This document shows, one piece after another, positions 22,055-31,068 of a stretch of DNA of 64,000 bases (its first letter is position 1; each line of letters starts with the position of its first letter). The notes under the pieces are model-generated. The model did no database searches and was not told the DNA's origin. It worked only from the letters and a program-made list of their open reading frames with translations. Source of the DNA: an uncultured bacterium (lineage in GTDB: Bacteria; Oederibacteriota; Oederibacteriia; Oederibacteriales; Oederibacteriaceae); assembly GCA_965112635.1 (NCBI GenBank), contig OZ218778.1, forward strand, positions 2,208,001 through 2,272,000. The letters run 5' to 3'. The translations under genes and the position numbers were made by a program.

Positions 22055-22150
22055 GGTCCAAAAACAGTCCAAGGTCCAAGGCCTAAAATCCAAAGCCGAA
22101 ACATCGAAAAAATTACATTGAGATTTTTAGCGCTATACTTTAAAAGTTTG
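22055..22150 (+). repeat. Direct repeat copy 2
   Basis: GTCCAA units, CAAAGCCGAAACATCGAAAAAATTAC, then the same 27-bp core as 20883-20909. Confidence 0.85.
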
Positions 22151-22184
22151 CGAGTGATTTGAAGTGCAACACACCGAGGTATAA

Positions 22185-23117
22185 ATGAATAATCAAAAAT
22201 TTAAACATAGAATTCTAATTATTTCCGGACCGACCGCGGTCGGCAAGACCAGCCTGGCCTGCGAACTGGCCGAGGAGCTCGGGGCTGAGATCATTTCGGC
22301 GGACGCTTTCCAGATCTACACCGAGCTCAACCTCGGCACGGCCAAGCCCAGCCGGGAGGAGCGGGCCCGCGTAGCGCACCATTTGCTGGACATTATTTCC
22401 TTTGACCAGCCTTTTAACGCGGCGGAGTTCAGCGCCAGGGCTTTGGTGGCCATCCGCGACATCAGTAGCCGGGGCAAGATCCCCATGCTGGTGGGCGGCA
22501 CCTATCTTTACCTGCGGGCTTTGCTGGAGGGATTTTTCCCGGCCCCAGCCGCGGACAGCGCGGTCCGTGACCGTCTCCTGGAGACCTCCAAAAAACAGGG
22601 GAATGAGGCCCTGCATCAAAAATTACAGCTCGTGGACCCCGTAGCCGCCAAGGCCATCCATGCCAACGACACTTTGAGGCTCACCCGGGCCCTGGAAGTC
22701 TATGAGATCACCGGTAAACCCATTTCCGAGCATTGGAAAAAGGGCCAAACCGCGCCCAAACCGTTGTCCGGCTTTGATATCACGGCTATCGCGTGTTTAA
22801 GGCCCCGGCAAAAGCTTTATGACCTGGCGGACCAGCGGGTGGACCGGATGATGGAGGCCGGCCTGCTGGCTGAAGTCAAAAGCCTGTGCGAAAAGGGTTT
22901 TAACGAGACCATGCAGTCTTCTTTCGCCCTGGGGTACCGGCACCTTTTGCCCGTGGCCAGGGGAAAAGGGGATTTGGGCAAGGCCGTGGAAACTTTTAAG
23001 CGGGATACCCGGCACTTTATCAAACGCCAGCTCACCTGGCTCAAAAATGAGTTCAACTTCACGCCTGTCAATCTGGATAAAACGACCAGCCATCAAGTCC
23101 TCGAGTTATTGGCCTAG
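22185..23117 (+). CDS. miaA: tRNA (A37) dimethylallyltransferase
   Basis: GPTAVGKT, IISAD..QIY, GTAKP, VGGT.LY, RALEV, KRQLTW. Confidence 0.97.
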   Translation: MNNQKFKHRILIISGPTAVGKTSLACELAEELGAEIISADAFQIYTELNLGTAKPSREERARVAHHLLDIISFDQPFNAAEFSARALVAIRDISSRGKIPMLVGGTYLYLRALLEGFFPAPAADSAVRDRLLETSKKQGNEALHQKLQLVDPVAAKAIHANDTLRLTRALEVYEITGKPISEHWKKGQTAPKPLSGFDITAIACLRPRQKLYDLADQRVDRMMEAGLLAEVKSLCEKGFNETMQSSFALGYRHLLPVARGKGDLGKAVETFKRDTRHFIKRQLTWLKNEFNFTPVNLDKTTSHQVLELLA

Positions 23118-23407
23118 TCCAAAAAGTCAGAAAAACCCACCTTTGGTTGCCACAAAACAGCTACATTTTAATATGCAGTTTTAAAGGAGTTAGTTGCTAA
23201 TTGCGATAGCGTGAAACTAGAAATACGCCTATTGCTAATATTTCCAATACTAAAATAATCTTCAGAAATTGCTTCAAATTTGAAAAATTTAACAAATTAA
23301 TCCACTTACGCCCATAGGTCTTACACCCGCCTCAATTTGGACACAAACGCTGTTTATCCCCTGGGAGCAGGCACGGTCAGGTATCTGGCTGTTCCCCAAA
23401 TCAGCCC

Positions 23408-24595
23408 AAAACTCTGATAGGATAAAGGTTTTACACAGATCAGGCTCTCAGCAGCCCGGAAACTCCCGAGGCTATATATATAAAGAAAGAGACTACGGCG
23501 GGAGAACAGGGTGTAGGCTGTAAAGCGATTGTGTTATAAGGGTTTTGTGTAGAATGTCCCATAGAACGGCGACAAAACTCTTATATTATAAAGGCTTTTT
23601 AAAGTTTTCCCGGGTTCTGGGCCTCAACAGGGCTTCCCAGGTTTTCTCCTTATTCTGGAACGGGAAAAATGGGCGATTTCGCATTTAAATAGGCCTAATT
23701 TGAAAAAATCCTAGAGACACATGCAATTACCCTAGCTTCAAAAAACCCAGAACGGTTAGTTTCCGCCACCTCCAACCCTGGTCAATCTCTAGCCACCGGC
23801 CCGGATCCAGCCCGGTCCAGCAGGGGAATTTAGTATGGAATAACGGAACTTAGCTGTCGTAAACAGACAGGCATCCCTGGTCAGCCCTGGAAAACCCTTA
23901 ATTCATGAGGCTTTTACAGGCCTATCGCTTTAATAAGCTGGCCCTGTCTGGACAGGAAGCAGTTGTTTCGTGGACATTTGGGGGCATAGGATAGCTTTCC
24001 AGCAGGGGGAAAGCCCTCTAAACACGAGAGTTGCTTTAAAATATATGTATTTAGGGGTTGTTTCTGCCGAATCTCCTGCAAATGCAACGGTTTTCGTATT
24101 AAATAACAATTTATTAGGTAGGCAAATCTGGGTTGTTAGAACGGGTATATCTCTCTAAGCCCTTGATTTAATGGTCCTTTTTGACGGCTGGGCCGGTTCT
24201 CCCAATACCCTGAATTCGCATCAGAATGAACTAATTTGAGAAAAAACTATGGAATTAATGAAGTTATATTGCTCTTAAAAGTGGTCTTTTTCTGGACAAA
24301 AGGCGGCAAACCAATCCTTAAAGGGACCTTAGCTGGCTACAGAAACTTAGGAAATGTCCAGGAAATAAGGTATTTCCCAGGTCAGGAACCAGGGTCCCTG
24401 ATCCACAGGGATTAAAGCCTGAAAACAGGCCAGGAAATAAGAGATTTGCAGGATGCCGCCTAAATAACAAAGCGGGATTAGGTGAAAAAAGGGAGTATGG
24501 GATGAAGAGCGGTAAAGTGCAGAAAAGGCCATAAAAACAAGGGTTTTCGCATGAAAATGGCCCTAATTTCGAAGTTTATCGAGAATAAGGGTATA
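23408..24595. repeat. Dispersed array of degenerate 25-bp palindromes (AAAACCCTTR-N5-YAAGGGTTTT) in a 2.36-kb non-coding region
   Basis: Copies at 23408, 23522, 23574, 23891, 24156, 24391, 24523; weaker ones at 24010, 24037, 24571. Confidence 0.65.
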
Positions 24596-25478
24596 TGGGT
24601 TAGGTCCGAAAAACACCATTTTCGCTTGTATTGATAAGGGGAATATACGGGCTGGGGAATAGGTAGACAAGACTCCCCAACGAGCAACAAATCTATTAAA
24701 TATAATAGATATTATATGTAACAAAATAATTATAGTTGAAGTCATTTCTTAGAAATATTAAGAATAGATTTTGTTGCAAATCCAAGCCGAAATTAAACCC
24801 TGATTTACAGACTATAATTGGCTTTGGCGGGGAATTGGGATAACTTCAGCAAATCCAATAGTTTTTGATAACCTAATTCCCAACAAACCATATTAGATAA
24901 TACCGGTTAACGCTTGCGATAACAAACAAAATAATAGTTACTTTTACTAAAACAGAAAGAGACTAGTTTTCCAAGATAGAAAGAGTAAAGCTTAGGTAAA
25001 TTAGCCTAGCTGCGAACCCTGATCCGGTTAGGTTGGCAGGGACGGTCTAGAGCCTTGGGTCAAGACCTAGGGCTGGGAGGCTGACCAGGGTCAAGGCCAA
25101 CGGCTGACCGGACCCGGCCGGCTAGGTGGCCTTGGTTGGTTCCGGGGGCTGAGGCTAGCTTGACCCCGGGGCTAACTGGAACCCAGAACCGGGAGCTTGG
25201 GGTCCAAGGATTGGAAGCCAGGGGAGCCTAAACTATCCTGCAGCTGCCTGTTAGGAACCCTTTAAAACTACCTATTATTACAACGTTTATTATCCACAAG
25301 ATTTCGCAGGTAGTTTGTTAAATAAGGGAATAAGGGTATCCTGGCCTTAGGTTTTAAATTAAAGCAAAACATTTATACCCTGACTTTAGAAGTGCTGATT
25401 CAATGCTTGTCATTACAGCGCTATTATGAACGAATAATTTAGACCCTTGTTTTTGTGTTTTCGTGTATAATCTGAACC

Positions 25479-26399
25479 ATGCAAAACATACCCAACATAC
25501 CTAAACCAACCTTAAAGTTACTCTTAACCTTGGTCGGAGTCCTTAACCTGGCCTTTATAGTTTTCCAGCTTCGAGCCTATGACATCCTGACCTGGGTAAG
25601 CCAGTCCAGCCTAGACTCGGCCTTTTATCCCTATAACACGACCCTATTACTGCGATATTTCATCAGAACCAAGGTTTTCACTCAAGTTTATTTGGTTTTT
25701 TTGGCGATTTGGATCGTCCAAATAGAAATCCAAGGTCAGGAACCCAGAACAACCGCCTGGAGGAACCTGTTCTCGGTCAAAACCTTATTTTTGTGGTTAG
25801 GGGCGGGTATAGCCCTCAAAAGCCTGGTTTGGGCGGGCATCATCTCCGCAACGCCTGTTTACGGCCATAGGCCTATGGCCAGCCTGGGAATCACTATAGA
25901 AGGTTGTTTTGTATTAGCTCTAGCCCAAATAGCCTACAGGACCTATTTTAGCTCTGCAATAGGGGCAGATAGCCCCAAACAGGTGAACCTATTGCTCAAG
26001 GTCGTCCAAAGACCAGGAAAGCTCATCCAGGTGCTTTTGGAAGAGTTCAGCCTCATCCCTCACCAGGTCTATCAACCTAGTGGGGCAAGGACCGCCCCTG
26101 AGCCGGTTCCCAGCCCCCAGTCCGCCAGCCATGCTGGCGAGACCTCTCGGCCCCCCAAACTGCCTAAGGGCCAGGTCATGGCCAATCTCATCCTGGAATT
26201 GGGCCGGTCCAAGGGGACTTTCAAGATGAGGGATTTGACCCGCACCTTCCGCAAACACCCCAACTCCATCCTGTATCATCTGAATAAACTCGTAAAAACA
26301 GGCCATCTGGCCCGCAAGGGCTCCCGCAGGGCAACAGTGTATGAGGTGAGCGTTCCTTTGGCCCCAGAGTTGCCTAAGGACCAGGTTTTGTTGGGGTGA
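25479..26399 (+). CDS. Membrane protein (about 4 TM) with a Pro-rich linker and C-terminal winged-helix DNA-binding domain
   Basis: Hydrophobic N-terminal half; C-terminal FKMRDLTRTFRKHPNSILYHLNKLVKTGHLARKGSRRATVYEV matches a wHTH pattern. Confidence 0.7.
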   Translation: MQNIPNIPKPTLKLLLTLVGVLNLAFIVFQLRAYDILTWVSQSSLDSAFYPYNTTLLLRYFIRTKVFTQVYLVFLAIWIVQIEIQGQEPRTTAWRNLFSVKTLFLWLGAGIALKSLVWAGIISATPVYGHRPMASLGITIEGCFVLALAQIAYRTYFSSAIGADSPKQVNLLLKVVQRPGKLIQVLLEEFSLIPHQVYQPSGARTAPEPVPSPQSASHAGETSRPPKLPKGQVMANLILELGRSKGTFKMRDLTRTFRKHPNSILYHLNKLVKTGHLARKGSRRATVYEVSVPLAPELPKDQVLLG

Positions 26400-26498
26400 G
26401 AGTGCCCGCGTCCAGGTCCTAGGGACGAGTGGGCAAACCGGATTTTTGAGGAGTAGAATTTGTCCAAAGCCCAGGTGCGCGGATGGGGAGATGGAAAA

Positions 26499-26918
26499 AT
26501 GAAATTATCAAAATTAGGCGACTTATTTAAAAAAAGAACGCATAGAATTTTTGCTGCCTGTTTTATTGCCACAACAATTGTTGTGCTTATTTCTGTCAAT
26601 TTTTTTAAAGCCCATAGCGACATTGCCGTTTGGTCAATCATATTCATTTTAATTGTTCAATATTTTTTAAGTTTAAGCTTCCCAAAATATTTCTGGATAT
26701 AGCCTCTTGGTGTCTTTTTGGGATGTTTTATAATTTTTGTCGGAGCGGTTTTTTTTACGTTTAAGTTCGGTCTTTCTGGAATTAGTTATCCATTTTATAT
26801 TTCATCTCTTATAGGTCTTTATTCATATGTTGCATCGCTCGGTGGATTTTTAACCAGAATAATAGCAAGTAAAATGGGTAACTTAATTTTTCGAAATAAA
26901 TTTAATAAATCAGTTTAA
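26499..26918 (+). pseudogene. Small 4-TM membrane protein interrupted by one in-frame TAG (26700-26702)
   Basis: ORFs 26460-26702 and 26718-26918 share a frame, reading ...KYFWI*PLGVFLGCFIIF... Confidence 0.55.
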
Positions 26919-26932
26919 GTGATAGTTGTTAT

Positions 26933-26959
26933 CTGGATTCCCGCTTTCGCGGGAATGAC
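26933..26959. repeat. dRS3/REP-like palindrome CTGGATTCCCGCTTTCGCGGGAATGAC
   Basis: ATTCCC-N8-GGGAAT hairpin just downstream of a stop codon. Confidence 0.75.
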
Positions 26960-27008
26960 AAGTGAGCCCAGGGGCGCGGATGGAGAAAAATAAAGGTAGG
27001 AGTGAGTT

Positions 27009-27878
27009 TTGAAATATTGGATGTTCGTCCTGCTTTTTGCTGTTTTCTTTTGCCCGCTCTTCGTTTGCGCGGAGTCTGTATGGTCAAAGAACGGCAAAAG
27101 CTTGTTCTATGCAGAGAAATATAAGGAAGCCTTTTATGACCTGCAACAGGCCGTAAGCCAGGGAGATGCGCAAGCCGTTGAATTAGTGGGAGTCATGTAT
27201 TTGGACGGGTTAGGAATTAAAAAGGACCCTAAGAAGGCCCTCTGGTATTACAAAAAAGGGGCCAGGCTGGGCGAGCCCTACTGTATGAATAATTTGGCAA
27301 CCATGTATTTCAACGGGATTGCTGTAAAGCGAAATGAAAAAAAAGCGTTTGAGTTGTATAAAAAGTCCGCGGACAAAGGTTGTTTTTATGCCCAAACCAA
27401 TATAGCCGATTCTTATTTAGCAGGGCATTTTGTGAAAAAAGATTATAAGAAGGCTTTGGAGTTGTTTCAAAAGGCAGCGGACCTGGGAGATAGCTACGCG
27501 CAAAGGAAAATAGGGGATATGTACATGAGGGGATGGGGCGTGCCCATAGATTACGACAAAGCCTACTCGCAGTTTTACGAAGCGTCCCAAAAGAACGACG
27601 ACATTGCCGAGCTTAACCTCGGTTTTCTTTATCATGATGGCCTTGGGGTAACGAAAAGCGCGCGGCAAGCCCTGGAATGGTTTGGCAGGTCAGTGGAACA
27701 CGGAGATGGTTTAGCCGCGAAATTTATAGGTGATATGTATGAACGCGGGGATGGTGTGAATCCGAATATGCGCGAAGCCTTGCGCTGGTATAAAAAAGCC
27801 AAAAAATTAGGTTTCGATGATGTAGGCAAAGATATCGCGCGAGTTGGTTATGCCATCGTCAAGCCTATTGGTGAGTAG
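27009..27878 (+). CDS. Secreted Sel1-like repeat protein
   Basis: Signal peptide; about six A...LG.MY..G.GV..D..KA..WY.KAA repeats. Confidence 0.92.
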   Translation: MKYWMFVLLFAVFFCPLFVCAESVWSKNGKSLFYAEKYKEAFYDLQQAVSQGDAQAVELVGVMYLDGLGIKKDPKKALWYYKKGARLGEPYCMNNLATMYFNGIAVKRNEKKAFELYKKSADKGCFYAQTNIADSYLAGHFVKKDYKKALELFQKAADLGDSYAQRKIGDMYMRGWGVPIDYDKAYSQFYEASQKNDDIAELNLGFLYHDGLGVTKSARQALEWFGRSVEHGDGLAAKFIGDMYERGDGVNPNMREALRWYKKAKKLGFDDVGKDIARVGYAIVKPIGE

Positions 27879-27991
27879 GAAAAAGGCGATCTGTCGATAA
27901 ACTCGAGGCGCGGAGGGGGAGAAGTGGAATAAATGAATAAAAACCATTTTATAGGCGGAATTTTGGTTAAGAAGGGATTAAAATTACTTAC

Positions 27992-29683
27992 ATGAGAAAA
28001 ATATTCCTACCCATATTTTTATCTTTTACTATCTTTGTTTTCTCAACGGGAACTTTGCTCGCCGAGGATGGAGCAGATGCAAAGGCCGCGCTAACGACAG
28101 GGATGAAATACTTTTATCAAAAAGATTTTGCGGATGCTTACAAATGGTTCAAGATAGCGGCTGACCAGGACAACAGCGATGCAGAAAGGGTCCTGGGCTT
28201 TTTGTATCAATACGGCCTGGGCGTGGATAAAGATTACCAAAAGGCATTTGAATACACAGAAAAATCAGCGATGCAGGGCAATGCGTTGGGAGAGAGCGCT
28301 CTGGGTTCCTTGTATGAGGTTGGTATGGGTGTAAAACAGGACCAGGGAAAGGCGTTCGAATGGTTCAAAAAATCCGCGGAGCAAGGCAACAGTACGGGCC
28401 AAGCCTATTTGGGTTTCTTTTATTTTAACGGGGTGGGGGTGGCGCAGGATTATGTCAAAGCGCTGGAATGGTTCAAAAAATCCGCGGAGCAAGGCGATGC
28501 CTCGGGCGAATGCGGCCTGGGGATGATGTATGGGAACGGTCTGGGCGGAGTTCCCAAAGACATGGCCAAAGCTTTTGAATGGACGATGAAATCCGCGAAT
28601 CAGGGAAGCATGGACGGGGAGTGCAACCTGGGTTTAATGTTCCAAAATGGCCTGGGTGTGGAAAAGGATTATTTAAAAGCGTTGGCTATGTTTACCAAAG
28701 CCGCCAAGGATGGCAATGTAAACGCGATCTATTACCTGGCTGGCATGTATGAAAACGGCCAGGGTACTACCGTGGATATGGAGCTGGCCAAGAAGCTGTA
28801 CCAGGCGGCGGCACAGAAGGGCAACAGTTTGGCCGAAGACGCTTTGCAAAGACTGGAGCATGCTGCGTCCACCCCGGGCCAAATCACCTATCCTGATTCG
28901 GATGTGGACAGCCAAATCCCTTCCGGCGGGGACAAAAACCCGGACGGGGTGGCCGTTGTCCTGGGAGTGCGGGACTACGATGAAAAAGACGTGCCCGCCG
29001 TGGACTATGCCATCCATGACGCCATGACTTTCAGGACATACCTAGTCAGGACCCTGGGATTCAAAGAGGACAACATCCTTTATTATGAAAATCCCAGCAA
29101 AGGAAAGCTGGAGGCCATCTTTGGCACGGAGACCAACCCCCAGGGTAAACTGGCGGATTGGGTCAAGCCGGGAAAGTCTCCGGTTTTCGTTTACTACGTT
29201 GGGCACGGCATACCCAGCCTGGAGGATGGCCGGGCTTATTTAGCCCCGGCGGATTGTGACCCGTCCAAGATAGCGTTGACAGGATATCCCCTTAATACTT
29301 TTTACAAAAATTTAGCGCGCCTCAAGGCCGTATCGGTCACCGTGGTCATCGATGCCTGTTTTAGCGGAGGGTCGAACAAAGGTACCTTGGTCAAAGGGGC
29401 TAGTCCTTTGGTCCTGTCGTCAAAGGCCGGCGGGATAGTTCCCAAAGGGATAGAGGTTTTTACGGCCAGCGAACCGGACCAGGTGGCTTCGTGGTATGCC
29501 GATAAGAGTCACGGCTTGTTCACCTATTTTTTCCTGAAAGGCCTTCAGCAAGGCATCAAGACCTGCGGGGATATGGACCATTACTTGAAAGAGCAGATCC
29601 CCCCCCTGGCGCGCCGGTTGTACGGGGACCGCCACCAGATGCCCTTCTTCACCGGCAACGCGGACAGGAACATAAAACCATGA
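27992..29683 (+). CDS. Secreted Sel1-repeat protein with a C-terminal caspase-like (peptidase C14) domain
   Basis: Signal peptide, about 7 Sel1 repeats, YYVGHG (His) and IDACFSG (Cys) dyad, HGLFTYFFLKGL. Confidence 0.9.
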   Translation: MRKIFLPIFLSFTIFVFSTGTLLAEDGADAKAALTTGMKYFYQKDFADAYKWFKIAADQDNSDAERVLGFLYQYGLGVDKDYQKAFEYTEKSAMQGNALGESALGSLYEVGMGVKQDQGKAFEWFKKSAEQGNSTGQAYLGFFYFNGVGVAQDYVKALEWFKKSAEQGDASGECGLGMMYGNGLGGVPKDMAKAFEWTMKSANQGSMDGECNLGLMFQNGLGVEKDYLKALAMFTKAAKDGNVNAIYYLAGMYENGQGTTVDMELAKKLYQAAAQKGNSLAEDALQRLEHAASTPGQITYPDSDVDSQIPSGGDKNPDGVAVVLGVRDYDEKDVPAVDYAIHDAMTFRTYLVRTLGFKEDNILYYENPSKGKLEAIFGTETNPQGKLADWVKPGKSPVFVYYVGHGIPSLEDGRAYLAPADCDPSKIALTGYPLNTFYKNLARLKAVSVTVVIDACFSGGSNKGTLVKGASPLVLSSKAGGIVPKGIEVFTASEPDQVASWYADKSHGLFTYFFLKGLQQGIKTCGDMDHYLKEQIPPLARRLYGDRHQMPFFTGNADRNIKP

Positions 29684-31068
29684 GGAAGTTTAAGATTAGA
29701 AATTTTAGGGAATACAAAAAAAAGCAAATAGCAGTTTCTGTCATCCTGATATTTTCAGCGATGTTTTTGTGTCTTGAGCACGGGATTTGCCAGAACAGCG
29801 GGAATAGTGTTCTGACCGTCACGCCTCAGGCTATGACCAATACAAGCGTTGTGGCGGGGCTTATCCAAAACCTGACCGGAAAAGACGACCAGGCTGCCAG
29901 CCGAGCGGCAGACCAACTAGGTGATATGTCTATCGAGGCCAGGGACGCCGTGCCTAGCCTAATTGAGACGCTCAAAGATCAGCAGCGCTCCGTGGTCGTG
30001 GGTTCAAGCGCAGCCAGGGCGCTGGCCAGGATTTGGCCCTACGAGAAAGGGACTATCAATGCTTTGGTGGATGCTCTCAAGGACAGCCGTCCACCTGTGC
30101 GCATTGCCGTGGTCAATGCCGCGGGTTCAATCCAACCGGTCCGCAAAGAGGTTTTTGACGCATTTTTGGATATGCTGAAAAGCAGTAGCGAGTCCGACGG
30201 CATCAAGATGAATGTCGAGGATAAGCTAGGGGAAATGTGGCCCTATGATAAAAAAGCGGTCTTGCGGGCCTTGTATGGCGCATTAAAAGACCGCAGTCCT
30301 TATGTCCAAAAAGAGGCTATCCATGTGTTTGGTCAGATGGGGCCTGAAGCCAAGATTTTGCTGCCCATTATTCAGGAGGCCAGGAAAGACCCGTCCCTGG
30401 TTCCTGATATAGATGAAGCTGTGCAAAAAATAAATACTCCTGCTCACCTCGCAAAACCAGACCCAGGGGTCGTGGACTTGTACGGTGGGATCAATTTCAA
30501 GTACATGGTGTTCATGCATTTAAAAACAGAGGGGGACAGATTGACCGGGGATTACAATTACGGCAATCCCAATGATTATTTGCTAGTTCATGGAAACATG
30601 AACGAGTTTGATGAGTTCGATATGGACGGGAACTATGAAGGAACAATGCATTTCACCAAGGTGTACGGCCTTTACAAGGGGGAGTGGCAAAACGCAAATA
30701 AAACCAAAGTCTATCCTTTTTTCGCGGTTCCCCAAAAAAATATTTTCAGCACTTCCTATGATCTTTTTAGGGAACAATACACGGTACAGGTCGTGGGCAG
30801 CATCAAGAACATGGCTGACATGCAATCCCTGGAGATTACCCGCAATGGACAGTCGTTCACCGGGAACCACAAAAAGAACGGCCGCTTCCTGGCACTGGTT
30901 GGCCGCATCCAGTCGTCGGGTCTTGTTTCTCTAAGGGAAGTGGATGCCCAAAAAAAGGTAATAGGTTCATTCACGGGAAAAATTACGAATAGGGGGAGCT
31001 TTTACGGGGAGTATCAGGACTTTTCAAGCATGTCTTCCTGCCCGTTCTTTTTTGTAGTTTCGAATTGA
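29680..31068 (+). CDS. Exported HEAT/PBS-lyase repeat protein with C-terminal beta-rich domains
   Basis: N-terminal hydrophobic segment; AVPSLIETLKD, ALVDALKD..P.VR repeats; ATGA overlap with the upstream gene. Confidence 0.75.
   Translation: MRKFKIRNFREYKKKQIAVSVILIFSAMFLCLEHGICQNSGNSVLTVTPQAMTNTSVVAGLIQNLTGKDDQAASRAADQLGDMSIEARDAVPSLIETLKDQQRSVVVGSSAARALARIWPYEKGTINALVDALKDSRPPVRIAVVNAAGSIQPVRKEVFDAFLDMLKSSSESDGIKMNVEDKLGEMWPYDKKAVLRALYGALKDRSPYVQKEAIHVFGQMGPEAKILLPIIQEARKDPSLVPDIDEAVQKINTPAHLAKPDPGVVDLYGGINFKYMVFMHLKTEGDRLTGDYNYGNPNDYLLVHGNMNEFDEFDMDGNYEGTMHFTKVYGLYKGEWQNANKTKVYPFFAVPQKNIFSTSYDLFREQYTVQVVGSIKNMADMQSLEITRNGQSFTGNHKKNGRFLALVGRIQSSGLVSLREVDAQKKVIGSFTGKITNRGSFYGEYQDFSSMSSCPFFFVVSN

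Noticed and set aside
25290-25298. oriC suggested by a DnaA box in a long intergenic region
   Set aside because: Only one perfect box, no dnaA/dnaN nearby, and dif plus the orientation switch place this window at the terminus.
23118-25478. CRISPR array
   Set aside because: The repeats are degenerate and irregularly spaced, with no constant repeat-spacer period and no cas genes.
26700-26702. Stop-codon reassignment
   Set aside because: TAG, TGA and TAA all terminate conserved genes at expected positions in this window.
28360-28496. Near-identical DNA stretch between Sel1 repeats, considered as a DGR template/variable pair
   Set aside because: In-frame 108-bp domain duplication with no adenine-specific differences and no reverse transcriptase in the window.
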